Shown piece after piece: positions 10,098 to 20,608 of a stretch of DNA of 64,000 nucleotides. The translations under genes and the position numbers were made by a program. Origin of the DNA: an uncultured Gemmatimonadales bacterium (GTDB lineage: Bacteria; Gemmatimonadota; Gemmatimonadetes; Gemmatimonadales; GWC2-71-9); assembly GCA_963728915.1 (NCBI GenBank), contig CAVSLV010000001.1, forward strand, positions 992,001 to 1,056,000, in the 5' to 3' direction. Numbering within the stretch: the first letter of the stretch is position 1; each line of letters starts with the position of its first letter. The notes under the pieces are model-generated. The model did not search any database and was not told the DNA's origin. It was given only the letters and a program-made list of their open reading frames with translations.

Positions 10098-11296
10098 CAG
10101 CGGAACCGGAGCAACGCGGCCAGACCGTTGATGGTCTCCGCGGCGTCCGGCTCGAAGACCACATCGAGATCGATCCGTTGACGGAGACCCTCTTCGATGG
10201 CGTCGTCGATGACGTCCGGCACCGGGACGGCGTTCCCGATGCCGCGGCAGTCCCGGGGGTTCAGGGTCAGACGGCCGGTCGCGGCGCAGCGGAAGCCGGG
10301 AACTCCGGCATCGGCCCGAACCAGGAGGGTGCGGACCTGTCCTTTTCCAAGCGCCTCGAGGGTCGGCGCAATCCCGTTGGTCGCCCACCCCGATCCCTGG
10401 CCCAGCAGCATCTCGGCGACCTGGTGCCGCTCCAGCCGGCGCTCGAATGCCTCGCGAACATCGAGGACCTGGCGGTGCACATCGGTGACCGCGCCGTTCT
10501 TGCGAGGACTCTTCGCGGTTCCCATCACCTTGCCGGCCAGATACCGGTGCAGAAATTTCTGGAGCGATTCCGCTTCATTCCCGCTCGAGGCGAGCACGAG
10601 TCCCCGCACCGGCTCCCGCCGATCGAGATCGAAAACCCGATCGGCCACCTCTGCGAAAAGATGATCCCGCTCATGGCGAAGCCGGCTGTGATACCGATAT
10701 TCTCCGACCCCCGGAGCGCCGTGACGATCGAAGTGATAGCGCCGGCCCCGGGCGCGGCTGGAGGGAATGGTGTCGAGAGCCCTGGCCTCGAACGCATTCA
10801 CCTCATAGATCGTCGCGCCCGCCTTGTCGATGAAGACCGCCAGCAGCCGGCCGACCTCGTCCTCGATGGCGGCGAGCTCCCGCACCAGTGCGGTCCGCGC
10901 GACCAGCAGCCGGGAGCGATAGACCCGGGGCAGCGGAATCATCTCGAACAGGTCCAGCGCGCCGCAGGCGAAGACGGCGAGGCCCTGGGTATGGGGCAAC
11001 CCCTCGGGGGCGCGGATCGCGTCCACCAGACGGTCGAGATCGGCGCGAACCTCGCCCATCTCGTCCCGGGAAAGCCCCTCGGCCGGGAGCGTATCGGTGA
11101 CCTGACGAATCCGGTTCTTGAGCTTGATCAGGTATTTCCCACGAATCCGGTCGCGAGGCTCGAGCTTCAGGTAACAGCTCACGATCCAGTGCTGGCCCGC
11201 CTGGACCCGCACCAGCCGCTGAAGCTGGCGGCGAATCTCGCTCGCCGACGCTTCGCGCCTCGGTTCGAGGCGGCGCCGGGAAGTCCGGGGCGCCAT
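10097..11296 (-). CDS. Bacterial aeRF1/eRF1-superfamily (baeRF-type) protein without GGQ
   Basis: N domain VSCYLKL...GLAVFAC; middle RNase-H-like domain (GLVLAS); C domain [15 protein letters not shown]...GLAALLRF typical of aRF1/pelota. Confidence 0.8.
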   Translation of the reverse strand: MAPRTSRRRLEPRREASASEIRRQLQRLVRVQAGQHWIVSCYLKLEPRDRIRGKYLIKLKNRIRQVTDTLPAEGLSRDEMGEVRADLDRLVDAIRAPEGLPHTQGLAVFACGALDLFEMIPLPRVYRSRLLVARTALVRELAAIEDEVGRLLAVFIDKAGATIYEVNAFEARALDTIPSSRARGRRYHFDRHGAPGVGEYRYHSRLRHERDHLFAEVADRVFDLDRREPVRGLVLASSGNEAESLQKFLHRYLAGKVMGTAKSPRKNGAVTDVHRQVLDVREAFERRLERHQVAEMLLGQGSGWATNGIAPTLEALGKGQVRTLLVRADAGVPGFRCAATGRLTLNPRDCRGIGNAVPVPDVIDDAIEEGLRQRIDLDVVFEPDAAETINGLAALLRFR

Positions 11297-11297
11297 C

Positions 11298-12878
11298 CTA
11301 GAAGAATACCGGCTCGTGGTAGGCACCATATACCCGCTCCAGCACGTCGCGAATCTCGTACAGAGTGCAGTAGGCCCGCGCGCAATCCAGCATCGCGGGG
11401 ATCACGTTCTGCTCGAGCAGGGACGCTTTCCGCAAGGCATCCAGGGTTTGCGCCACCCGTTCTCCGTCGCGCTCGGCGCGGAGCCGGACCAGACGGGCCC
11501 GCTGGGTGCGATCCGCGTCGTCCCCGATCCGGAGGATCTCGACCGGCGCCTCCTCGGTCTCCACAAATTGGTTGACACCGACGATCACGCGGCGGGCGGT
11601 TTCGACTTCCTCCTGGAAACGGGCCGCGCTCCCGGCGATCTGGCGCTGGAACCACCCCGCTTCGATCGCGGCGACCACCCCTCCCTGCGCTTCGATCTCC
11701 CGGAACAGCTCTTCGGCATCCCGCTCCATCGCATCGGTCAGCGCCTCGACATAGTAGGAGCCGCCGAGCGGATCGACCACGTTCGGTACCCCGCTCTCGC
11801 AGGCCAAGATCTGCTGGGTCCGGAGCGCGATCCGGACCGACTCTTCGGTCGGGAGGGCGAGGGTTTCGTCCAGCGCGTTGGTATGGAGCGACTGGGCCCC
11901 GCCCAGCACCGCCGCCAGGGCCTGATAGGCGACGCGGACGATGTTGTTGTAGGGCTGCTGAGCCGTCAGCGTCACCCCCGCGGTCTGGCAATGAAACCGC
12001 ATCTTCCAGCTCCGCTCGTCCTTCGCCCCATACCGCTCTCGAAGGTGCCGGGCCCAGATCCGGCGGGCGGCCCGCATCTTGGCAATTTCTTCGAAGAAAT
12101 CGTTGTGCACGTCCCAGAAGAACGACAACCGGGGCGCGAAGCTATCCACCGGAAGTCCCCGGGCGATGCCGTGCTCCACGTAGCTGAACCCGTTCGCGAG
12201 GGTGAACGCGAGCTCCTGGACCGCGGTCGCGCCGGCCTCCCGGATGTGATAGCCCGAGATGGAGATCGTGTTCCATTTCGGGGTGTGCTGGGCGGCCCAT
12301 TCGAACAGATCGACGATGACCTTCAGCGCCGGCTCAGGAGGGTAGATCCAGGCATGCTGGGCGACGAACTCCTTGAGGATGTCGTTCTGAATGGTGCCCT
12401 GGAGTCTGGCGATGTCCACACCCTGTCGCTCCGCCGCGGCGACGTAGAAGCAGAACAGAATCGCGGCGGGACCGTTGATGGTCATGGAGGTGGAGACCTG
12501 ATCGAGCGGTATCCCGGCAAACAGGTCTTCCATATCCCGAAGGCTCGAGATGGCCACCCCGCACTTGCCGACCTCGCCCTCGGCCCGGGGATGATCCGAG
12601 TCGTAGCCCATCAAGGTGGGAAAATCGAACGCCACCGAGAGGCCGGTCTGCCCCTGCTCGAGAAGGAATTTGTAGCGCTGGTTGGTGTCCTCCGCGGTGC
12701 CGAATCCGGAGAACTGCCGCATGGTCCAGAGCCGCCCGCGGTACATATCCGGGTGAATGCCCCGAGTATAGGGGAACTGCCCCGGCCGCTCCGAGGCGTG
12801 GACCGGATCGAGATCGGCTGGGCCGTAGGTCGTCTTGACCTCCCGGCCGGAAACCGTGGTGACCTCTCGATCCGTCAT
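11298..12878 (-). CDS. B12-dependent acyl-CoA mutase large subunit, isobutyryl-CoA mutase-like
   Basis: [51 protein letters not shown]; no B12-binding domain. Confidence 0.93.
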   Translation of the reverse strand: MTDREVTTVSGREVKTTYGPADLDPVHASERPGQFPYTRGIHPDMYRGRLWTMRQFSGFGTAEDTNQRYKFLLEQGQTGLSVAFDFPTLMGYDSDHPRAEGEVGKCGVAISSLRDMEDLFAGIPLDQVSTSMTINGPAAILFCFYVAAAERQGVDIARLQGTIQNDILKEFVAQHAWIYPPEPALKVIVDLFEWAAQHTPKWNTISISGYHIREAGATAVQELAFTLANGFSYVEHGIARGLPVDSFAPRLSFFWDVHNDFFEEIAKMRAARRIWARHLRERYGAKDERSWKMRFHCQTAGVTLTAQQPYNNIVRVAYQALAAVLGGAQSLHTNALDETLALPTEESVRIALRTQQILACESGVPNVVDPLGGSYYVEALTDAMERDAEELFREIEAQGGVVAAIEAGWFQRQIAGSAARFQEEVETARRVIVGVNQFVETEEAPVEILRIGDDADRTQRARLVRLRAERDGERVAQTLDALRKASLLEQNVIPAMLDCARAYCTLYEIRDVLERVYGAYHEPVFF

Positions 12879-13915
12879 ACGCTCGCTCCGTCCTTGAGGC
12901 CAGCAAGAATCTCGTCTGCGAGCCCATACGGGCTCAGGCGCCCAGCCACGACCTCGCCCAGCCGATCCTGAAGAATGGCCTCGGCGCGAGTCTCATTCCA
13001 GACATGTCGGTGCAAGGCCCGATCCACCACCTCGCGAGTGCGCGCCGCGAACCGTCGCCGGCGCCGCTCCTGCAGAGTCCCCTGCGCTTCCGCCCAGGCA
13101 TGGTGGCGATCCAGCACCCCGACCAGGTCGGAGACCCCCGCGCCGGTGGACGCGACCGTGAGCAATACCGGCGGAGTCCACTGGTCCGGCCGGGCCGCCG
13201 GCCGCTCGGGCCCGTCTCCCCGGGATATTCCCGATGCCCCATGGTGCCCTCGCATCCCGCGGTAGGCCCTTCCCTGCCGGATCGCGATGGCGGATTCGAT
13301 CTCCCGGGCCAGATTGGTCGCGCCGGGGCGATCCGCCTTGTTCACTGCATAGACGTCGGCGATTTCCATGATGCCCGACTTGAGCGCCTGGATCCCATCA
13401 CCGGATTCGGGCACCAGAACCAGCACCGTCGTGTCCGCCATCGTCGTGACGGCGAGCTCCGATTGTCCCACCCCAACCGTCTCGATCAGGATCCTGTCGA
13501 ACCCCGCGGCGTCGAGCACATCACACACTTCCCGGGTGCTGGTGGCCAGACCGCCCAGCGAGCCCCGCGTCGCCATCGAGCGGATGTAGACGCCCTGATC
13601 GAGTGCGACCGTTTCCATCCGGATGCGATCGCCCAGCAGCGCCCCCCCGCTGAACGGACTGGTGGGATCGACCGCGACGACCCCGACGGTTAACCCGGCC
13701 TGCCTCCACTGCTGGACCAGCTGCCGGGTCAGGGTGGACTTGCCGGCCCCGGGCGGCCCGGTAATGCCGATCCGGCGTCCCTGCCCCAGGCGAGCATGCA
13801 ACCCCGCCAGGAACGGCTCAAATCCCGGCCGCGCATTCTCCACCAGGGAGATGGCTCGCGCCAGACCGGCGGGGTTGGCCACGGTGAGCTCGGGGGAAAC
13901 GGCCTGGGACGACAT
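12875..13915 (-). CDS. meaB: Mutase-associated GTPase chaperone MeaB
   Basis: [44 protein letters not shown]. Confidence 0.95.
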   Translation of the reverse strand: MSSQAVSPELTVANPAGLARAISLVENARPGFEPFLAGLHARLGQGRRIGITGPPGAGKSTLTRQLVQQWRQAGLTVGVVAVDPTSPFSGGALLGDRIRMETVALDQGVYIRSMATRGSLGGLATSTREVCDVLDAAGFDRILIETVGVGQSELAVTTMADTTVLVLVPESGDGIQALKSGIMEIADVYAVNKADRPGATNLAREIESAIAIRQGRAYRGMRGHHGASGISRGDGPERPAARPDQWTPPVLLTVASTGAGVSDLVGVLDRHHAWAEAQGTLQERRRRRFAARTREVVDRALHRHVWNETRAEAILQDRLGEVVAGRLSPYGLADEILAGLKDGASV

Positions 13916-13946
13916 CGCTTCAAATTAACCGCAGCCCCTGCGACCG

Positions 13947-15137
13947 TCAGGACGAAGCGGGCCCCAGCGACGTGACGGTCGGGAGACCTCGCCGAATCAG
14001 GGCGCGCTCGACCCGGGTCGGGGTCGCCTGGAGGATGTCGATCTCCAACCCCGCGATCTGAAAACGTTCCCCGCCCGCGGGGAAGCGGCCGGCCAGCTCC
14101 ACCAGTCGGCCACCGATGGTGCTCGCGCGTCCCGGCGGGAACTCGACCCCGAAGTGCCCCTCGATTTCCGCCAGGGATCGCGAGCCCTCGACGTCGAGCA
14201 GCTCCGGACTCGTGGCCTCCGGGGCGACCCCAGCTTCCTCTTCGTCGACGATTTCCCCGACCAGGGCTTCCATGAGGTCTTCCAGCGTCACGATGCCGAG
14301 GGTGCCGCCGAATTCATCCAGCACCACCGCGAGATGGCGACGCTCCCGCTGCATGTCGATCAGGAGGTCCCCGCAGGAGCGACTGGCCGGCACCACGGCG
14401 AGCGGTCGCACCGGCACGGCTTCTCCCGGTTGGAGCCGGAAGACATCGAATGCGTGCACCATGCCGACCAGCTCGTCGAGGGTTCCCCGGTAGACCGGGA
14501 GCCGGCTGTATCCGCTCTGGACGAAGGCGTCGCGCATCTCTTCCACCGACGCTTCCGCCGGGATCGCCGCGAGGTCGGTGCGGGGCGTCATCACCTCCCG
14601 CACGATCCGCTGCGAAAAGTGCAGCAGGCCACCCACCCGGAGGAGCCGTTCATCCGGGGTTCCGCCGCCCGCTTCCCGCTCGCGCCACAATTCGCTGACC
14701 AGGGCCTCGGGCTTCACGGTCGGCGCAGGGAGGATGGTGCCCAGCAACCGGCTCCACGGCTTGAGCACCGGACCGAGTCGCTGGGCGATCCGGTCGGCCC
14801 GCCGGTAGGTGAGATACCTCGGGAGCACATACCCGCTCAGCAGCACTCCCGGGACGGCGAGCAGCACGAACAACACCCCGAATTCAGTGAGGCTCGCGCC
14901 GGCAAAAAGCCCCGGGAACACGGCGCCGAGCATGGCGATGCCGAGGGTGGTGGTAATCGAAGCCGCGGCGAGGTCGCGTTCCATGCCGGGGAGCCATTCC
15001 AGCGCCGCCGACCCTCCCCGGAGTTTCCGGGACACGATTTCGGTCAGTCGCTGGCGACTGGAGGCGATCAGGGCGGCGGCCGCGGTGGCGCCCAGCACCG
15101 TGATGAACAACCCGGCCAGGACGAGGACCCAGATCAT
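13947..15137 (-). CDS. CNNM/hemolysin-family CBS-CorC transporter-associated protein
   Basis: N-terminal TM helices, VREVMTPRTD, GYSRLPV, VLDEFGGTLGIVTLEDLME, CorC_HlyC tail. Confidence 0.9.
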   Translation of the reverse strand: MIWVLVLAGLFITVLGATAAAALIASSRQRLTEIVSRKLRGGSAALEWLPGMERDLAAASITTTLGIAMLGAVFPGLFAGASLTEFGVLFVLLAVPGVLLSGYVLPRYLTYRRADRIAQRLGPVLKPWSRLLGTILPAPTVKPEALVSELWREREAGGGTPDERLLRVGGLLHFSQRIVREVMTPRTDLAAIPAEASVEEMRDAFVQSGYSRLPVYRGTLDELVGMVHAFDVFRLQPGEAVPVRPLAVVPASRSCGDLLIDMQRERRHLAVVLDEFGGTLGIVTLEDLMEALVGEIVDEEEAGVAPEATSPELLDVEGSRSLAEIEGHFGVEFPPGRASTIGGRLVELAGRFPAGGERFQIAGLEIDILQATPTRVERALIRRGLPTVTSLGPASS

Positions 15138-16366
15138 CGGGGACCTGGCGGCTGAGCCGGGGCGCTCTCCCGATGGTGTTCATCCGAAAGCGCCGGACTC
15201 ACGGTAACCCGCCGAATCCGGCGTCGCACGATCTGGTCGACGGTGAATCGGAATCCGTCGCTGGCGATGCCTTCGCCGGGACGGGGGACCCGACCGAACA
15301 GGGCCAGCACCAGTCCGCCGACCGTGCTCACGTCGGCTCGATCGAATTCGTGATGGAGCTCGGCCTCCAGCTCGGCCAGGGGAGCGCTCCCGTCCACCAC
15401 CCAGATGCCGTCGGATCGCCGCTCGAGCGGCGCCACTTCCTCGGTGTCGTACTCGTCGCGGATCTCACCCACGACCTGTTCCAGCACGTCTTCGAGCGTG
15501 ACGATGCCCGAGGTCCCGCCGAACTCGTCGACCACCACCACCAGATGGCTGCCGCTGCGCTGGAAATCCCGGAGCTGGCGATCCAGGGTCTTCCCTTCCG
15601 GGACGAATCCCACCGGCCGGATCAGGGGATGCCAGTCGGCCGACGCCCGCTCGGGGCCTAACCCGGGGAGCAGGTCCTTGGCATAGATCACCCCGACTAC
15701 CGAATCGGGATCGCCATCCACCACCAGCAGGCGCGAGTGCTCGGCCCGGCGGAAGGTTTCCACCACCTGGTCCCGGGTCGCCGAAAAATCCACCACCACG
15801 ATATCGAGCCGCGGCGTCATCACTTCGGAAACCGACATGTCGGTCAGGGCGAGCAGGCCGGTCAGCATGTCACGCTGTTCCGGCTCGCCCTCGCGAGAGC
15901 CGCGACCCGGTGCGGTCCGGCGCCGCCGAAAGCCCCGGTCGGCCCAGGCCACCCCGACCAGCAGGGGCCGGAAGAAGGCGAGGGTGAGCTGGACGAAGCG
16001 ACCCTCGAAGTGCACCAGGCCGGGCTCATTCGCGGCCCAGAGACGCGGGGCAAGCTCGCCAAGAATCCAGACCAGCAGGACCGCGGTCAGAAACCTGATC
16101 AGCGCGGTTTGCGCAGGCCACGCCCACCAGGACACCGCGGTCCCGGCGAGTGCGGCGGCCAGGGCCAGCATCGCCAGGTGAAGAACGTGAAGACTGCGCG
16201 CCGGACTCATCGGCGTACGGTGCCGGGTGATTCCCGGCGCGAGCAGCCGGGGGAGTCCCCGATCGTCCTGTTCCGCGAGCGCGATCAGCGCGGAGCCCAG
16301 CGTGAATACCGCGGCGAGGAGCGGCGCCACCCAGAGCTGCAACGCGGCCAGCAGGGTGCGGATCAT
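15134..16366 (-). CDS. CNNM/hemolysin-family CBS-CorC protein
   Basis: GELAPR, EVMTPRLD, VVDEFGGTSGIVTLEDVLE; ATG 16366 overlaps the ybeY stop. Confidence 0.9.
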   Translation of the reverse strand: MIRTLLAALQLWVAPLLAAVFTLGSALIALAEQDDRGLPRLLAPGITRHRTPMSPARSLHVLHLAMLALAAALAGTAVSWWAWPAQTALIRFLTAVLLVWILGELAPRLWAANEPGLVHFEGRFVQLTLAFFRPLLVGVAWADRGFRRRRTAPGRGSREGEPEQRDMLTGLLALTDMSVSEVMTPRLDIVVVDFSATRDQVVETFRRAEHSRLLVVDGDPDSVVGVIYAKDLLPGLGPERASADWHPLIRPVGFVPEGKTLDRQLRDFQRSGSHLVVVVDEFGGTSGIVTLEDVLEQVVGEIRDEYDTEEVAPLERRSDGIWVVDGSAPLAELEAELHHEFDRADVSTVGGLVLALFGRVPRPGEGIASDGFRFTVDQIVRRRIRRVTVSPALSDEHHRESAPAQPPGPR

Positions 16367-16770
16367 GCGAGCCGCCTCACCAGCCGCTCCTGGCGCTTCC
16401 ACATCGCTGATCCGGTACGACGCTCCCCGTCGGGATGCTCGTAGCCGAGAACGTGCAGGACGCCGTGGACGATGAGACGGGCCAGCTCCTGCCGGACCGG
16501 AATGCTGCGCTCGCGAGCCTCGCGGGCCGCGACCCAGCGGCAGATATAGATGTCGCCCGCGAGCCTCCCGCCGGGGAGATCGAGCGGAAACGCGATCACG
16601 TCGGTGAGATCGTTTCGCCCGAGCCAGCGATGATTGAGACGCCGGATGCCTTCCCGTCCCACGAAACTGATCGAAAGCTCCGCCACCCGCCGCTCGGCGG
16701 CGAGCACGCCCTCGGCGATTCTCACGATCGCGGGCCGGGAGAGCGGAGCGTGACGACCGGCAATCCTCAC
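16363..16770 (-). CDS. ybeY: rRNA maturation endoribonuclease YbeY
   Basis: TDVIAF, GDIYI, HGVLHVLGYEH; follows phoH. Confidence 0.93.
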   Translation of the reverse strand: MRIAGRHAPLSRPAIVRIAEGVLAAERRVAELSISFVGREGIRRLNHRWLGRNDLTDVIAFPLDLPGGRLAGDIYICRWVAAREARERSIPVRQELARLIVHGVLHVLGYEHPDGERRTGSAMWKRQERLVRRLA

Positions 16771-16771
16771 C

Positions 16772-17722
16772 CTATCCGTTCTGGTCCTCGGCGTAGGCCC
16801 GAATGATGGCGCGAACCAGGCGGTGACGGATCACGTCCGCCTCGCCCAGATAACAAAAGGAAATCCCTTCGATGCCCGGCAGGATCCGCTCGATCTGAAT
16901 CAGCCCGGACTCCTCGCGCTTGGGAAGATCGATCTGGGTCTTGTCCCCCGTGACCACCACTTTGCTGTTCACCCCGATCCGGGTCAGAAACATCTTCATC
17001 TGGAGCCCGGTGGCGTTTTGCGCTTCGTCGAGGATGATGAAGGCGTCGGATAAGGTGCGGCCTCGCATATACGCCAGCGGAGCGATCTCAATGGTGCGCT
17101 GTTCCAGCGCCTTTTGCACCCGCTCCGGCGGCATCATGTCCTCCAGCGCATCATAGAGCGGGCGAAGATAGGGATCCACCTTGGCCTGGAGGTCGCCGGG
17201 AAGAAATCCCAGCGACTCCCCCGCCTCGACCGCCGGCCGCGCAAGAATGATTCGGCGCACCCGCTTCCGGGCCATCGTCTCCACCGCCTTGGCCACGGCC
17301 AGATAGGTTTTGCCGGTCCCCGCGGGGCCGATACTGACGACGATGTCATGCGCCGCGATGGCCTGGACGTAGTCGCGTTGTCCCGCCGTCTTGGGGGCGA
17401 TGGCACGGCGAAGCCCGGGGAGAACGATTTTTCCTTCCCCGCCGGGCGCGACCGTCTCGGGAACCCCATCCTCGGCCAGGCGCCGCACGTCCTCCGCGGT
17501 GACCTCTTCTCCCATGCGCGCCAGATCGAGCAGCGCCTGGGAGACGGCGGCGGCGTGCTCCACCTGCTCGGCGGTGCCGTTGAGCGTGAGGGTATCTCCC
17601 CGCAGGGACACCCGCGCGCCGGTGATCCGCTCGAGCTCGGTGAGATTGGCGTCGTTGACACCGCTCAGGAGGAGCGGGTCCGCTCCCTCCACGTTCAGCC
17701 GGTGGGCCCGCTCGTCAGCCAT
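16772..17722 (-). CDS. phoH: PhoH-family ATPase
   Basis: GPAGTGKT, RPAVEAGESLGFLPG, YMRGRT, DEAQN. Confidence 0.95.
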   Translation of the reverse strand: MADERAHRLNVEGADPLLLSGVNDANLTELERITGARVSLRGDTLTLNGTAEQVEHAAAVSQALLDLARMGEEVTAEDVRRLAEDGVPETVAPGGEGKIVLPGLRRAIAPKTAGQRDYVQAIAAHDIVVSIGPAGTGKTYLAVAKAVETMARKRVRRIILARPAVEAGESLGFLPGDLQAKVDPYLRPLYDALEDMMPPERVQKALEQRTIEIAPLAYMRGRTLSDAFIILDEAQNATGLQMKMFLTRIGVNSKVVVTGDKTQIDLPKREESGLIQIERILPGIEGISFCYLGEADVIRHRLVRAIIRAYAEDQNG

Positions 17723-17728
17723 GATGAA

Positions 17729-19489
17729 TCATTCCCGTCGCTTCAGATGGAGCGTCGCCAGGTCGGCATCCGCCACCGGCGTGGGCGCGCCTTCGTACAT
17801 GGCCCGCGCCGTGGTCGTCTTGGGAAACGCGATGACATCGCGCAGGGAGCCGGCGCCAGCCAGGAGCATCACGGTACGATCGAACCCGATCGCAAACCCC
17901 CCGTGCGGCGGAGACCCTGAAGCCAACGCATCGAGCAGAAAGCCGAACCGGCGCTCGATCTCCTGCGTCTCCATCCGCAACAGCCGGAAGACGGTCTGCT
18001 GGAGCACCGGATCAATGATGCGAATCGAGCCGCTTCCCAGCTCGGTCCCATTGTAGACCGCATCGTAGTGAAGGGCCCGGCATCGCCCGGGATCGCTCTC
18101 CAAAAAGGGAAGATCGTCGGGATGCGGAGCCGTGAAGGGATGGTGCGCAAAGGTGAATTCGCCCGTCTCCGGATCCGGCTCGAACAAGGGGAAATCGACG
18201 ACCCAGAGGAACGCATGGGCCTGGCTTGGAGCCGGCGCCAGGCGCTCGATCAGACGATTGCGCAACCCTCCGAGCGCGGGGGAAGTCACCCGATCGGGCC
18301 CCGGCACGGCGAGCAGAAGGTCCCCTTCCGTGGCGCTGAGCGACTCGAGGGCTTCCGCCCCGAGCGCCTTGACTCCAGCGCCCTCCCAGGAGGCCCCGGA
18401 GCGCTTGGCCCAGATCAGGGTGGTCCCCTGGTCTTTGACCTTCCCTGTCATGGCATCCAGATCCTTGCGGCCCAGGGCGGCCCCGCCCGGTGCGAGAATG
18501 GCCCGGAGGCGGCCACCCGCGATCGCGGACTGAAGCCATGGCGCGGCGCCGGGCCCGACCAGGCTGGTCCGATCGGCGATCTCGAAGCCGAAGCGGAGGT
18601 CCGGTTTGTCGCTTCCGAACCGCTCCATCGCCTCGCCCCAGGTCATCCGCCGGAAGGGTCGCTTCACCGAGTGTCCGGCCTCCTCCCAGAGCGCGACCAG
18701 GACCGACTCGACCGCTTGAAGAACATCCTCCTGGGAGACGAAAGAGGCCTCGATATCGATCTGGGTGAATTCCGGTTGCCGGTCGGCCCGCAGATCCTCG
18801 TCCCGGAAGCACCGGGCGACCTGGAAGTACCGGTCGAATCCCGCGATCATGAACAATTGCTTGTAGATCTGGGGCGATTGGGGAAGGGCGTAGAACTCGC
18901 CCGGATGGATCCGGGAAGGCACCAGGTAGTCCCGGGCCCCTTCCGGGGTGGGCTTGGTGAGAATCGGCGTCTCGAGCTCCAGGAATCCCTGCTCGCTCAA
19001 GGTTCGTCGCGCGCGCTGCAGCAGGCGGTGCCGCAGCACGAGGTTCGCCTGCAGCTCGGGGCGTCGCAGGTCGAGAATGCGGTGCTTGAGTCGCAGCTCT
19101 TCGGCGGGTAGCTCCTCGTTCTCCTTCCGGGCGACCGGGATCGCCGGGGTCGTGGCCGCGCTCACCAGGTTCAGGTCGGTGACCCGGATTTCGACCTCCC
19201 GGGACACCATCGCCGGATTGCTGGCGGGCTGGGGACGGAGGGCCACCGTCCCGGTCACCAGCACGACCGACTCTAACCCGCAGGACGCCGCGCGCTTGAG
19301 GACCGGCGGAGGGGTATGGGCCGGGTCGCACGACAGCTGCACCAGACCGAAACGGTCCCGCAGATCGAGAAAAACCAGGCCGCCGAGGTCCCGATTCCGG
19401 TGGATCCACCCCCCGACCCGGACGACCTGCCCGACCTCGGCCCGGGTGAGTAACCCGGCAGCGTGGGAGCGCAGCGACGTGGCATGCAT
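17729..19489 (-). CDS. aspS: Aspartate--tRNA ligase
   Basis: RDLGGLVFLDLRD, TPEGARDYLVPSR, LPQSPQ, CFRDEDLRADRQPEFTQ, PPHGG, IAFPK. Confidence 0.97.
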   Translation of the reverse strand: MHATSLRSHAAGLLTRAEVGQVVRVGGWIHRNRDLGGLVFLDLRDRFGLVQLSCDPAHTPPPVLKRAASCGLESVVLVTGTVALRPQPASNPAMVSREVEIRVTDLNLVSAATTPAIPVARKENEELPAEELRLKHRILDLRRPELQANLVLRHRLLQRARRTLSEQGFLELETPILTKPTPEGARDYLVPSRIHPGEFYALPQSPQIYKQLFMIAGFDRYFQVARCFRDEDLRADRQPEFTQIDIEASFVSQEDVLQAVESVLVALWEEAGHSVKRPFRRMTWGEAMERFGSDKPDLRFGFEIADRTSLVGPGAAPWLQSAIAGGRLRAILAPGGAALGRKDLDAMTGKVKDQGTTLIWAKRSGASWEGAGVKALGAEALESLSATEGDLLLAVPGPDRVTSPALGGLRNRLIERLAPAPSQAHAFLWVVDFPLFEPDPETGEFTFAHHPFTAPHPDDLPFLESDPGRCRALHYDAVYNGTELGSGSIRIIDPVLQQTVFRLLRMETQEIERRFGFLLDALASGSPPHGGFAIGFDRTVMLLAGAGSLRDVIAFPKTTTARAMYEGAPTPVADADLATLHLKRRE

Positions 19490-19556
19490 CGGGCAAACGT
19501 AACGAGCGCCTCCCGGGCGAATCAAGCAAACCGAAGTCGTTATTCTTCAGCTCTGC

Positions 19557-20603
19557 ATGTCCACCACCGTTTTCGATTTGTCCCCTGACGACGCGGCCGA
19601 GCTCCTCCGGGGTTGGACCCGGGAGCAGGGATTGCCCGGGTACCGCGCCGGACAGATTCATCGCCGGCTCTGGCAGACGCCCGTTTCCGACTGGACCCAG
19701 GCCACCGAGCTGCCAGGGGCGTTGCGGACCTCGCTTTCGGAGCACTTTCCGATCCCCCGACTCCGGGTCGGGACCTTGCAGCAATCGACCGACGGGACCC
19801 GGAAGTATCTCTGGCGTTTGGCCGACGAGGAGCCGATCGAGTCGGTTCTGATTCCGTCCGGCAAGCGCCGAACCCTCTGCATTTCGTCACAGGTGGGCTG
19901 CGCGCTCGGGTGCCGCTTCTGCGCTACCGGCCTGATGGGGTTCCGCCGGAACCTCACCGCCTTCGAGATTGCCGGGCAGGTTCGCGAAATCGTGCTGGCC
20001 GATCCCGCCGAGCGCCCCACCAATATCGTGTTCATGGGGATGGGTGAGCCGCTCCTGAACTGGAACGCGGTGGACACCGCCCTCACGATCCTCAATCATC
20101 CCGAGGGACTCGGGATCGGTGCCCGGCACATCACCATCTCCACCGTCGGGATCGTCCCGGGAATGGCCCAGCTCGCCAAGAGGCCGGAACAGTTCCGCCT
20201 GGCGATTTCCCTGCACGCCCCCGAACACGAGACCCGGCTTCGGCTCATGCCGATCCAGAAGAAGTACCCGCTGACCGAAGTACTCGAGGCGGCCCGCCCC
20301 TTCCGGCGAAGGCTGACGTTCGAATACGTGCTGATCGGGGGACAAAACGACGCCGATCGAGACGCCGATCGGTTGGCAAAACTGGCCCATGGACTCGATG
20401 CCCATGTGAATCTGCTGCCCTTGCATCCTGGCGGCGCTCCCGGGCTCACGCCCAGCTCCCCCGAACGGATTCGCGCGTTCGCGAGCCGGCTTCGGAATCA
20501 GGGGGTGGAGGCGGTGGTCCGAAGGAGCCGTGGCCTGGACATCGACGCCGCCTGCGGCCAGCTCTTCGTTGCCACGGAGAAAAAACGACCCGTCAGGTCC
20601 TGA
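19557..20603 (+). CDS. rlmN: Dual-specificity RNA methyltransferase RlmN
   Basis: CISSQVGCALGCRFC, MGMGEP, ISLH, AACGQL. Confidence 0.96.
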   Translation: MSTTVFDLSPDDAAELLRGWTREQGLPGYRAGQIHRRLWQTPVSDWTQATELPGALRTSLSEHFPIPRLRVGTLQQSTDGTRKYLWRLADEEPIESVLIPSGKRRTLCISSQVGCALGCRFCATGLMGFRRNLTAFEIAGQVREIVLADPAERPTNIVFMGMGEPLLNWNAVDTALTILNHPEGLGIGARHITISTVGIVPGMAQLAKRPEQFRLAISLHAPEHETRLRLMPIQKKYPLTEVLEAARPFRRRLTFEYVLIGGQNDADRDADRLAKLAHGLDAHVNLLPLHPGGAPGLTPSSPERIRAFASRLRNQGVEAVVRRSRGLDIDAACGQLFVATEKKRPVRS

Positions 20604-20608
20604 CCGCT

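Noticed and set aside
13947..16366. Tandem CNNM/CorC genes as a novelty
   Set aside because: phoH-ybeY-corC linkage and paired hemolysin-family genes are well known
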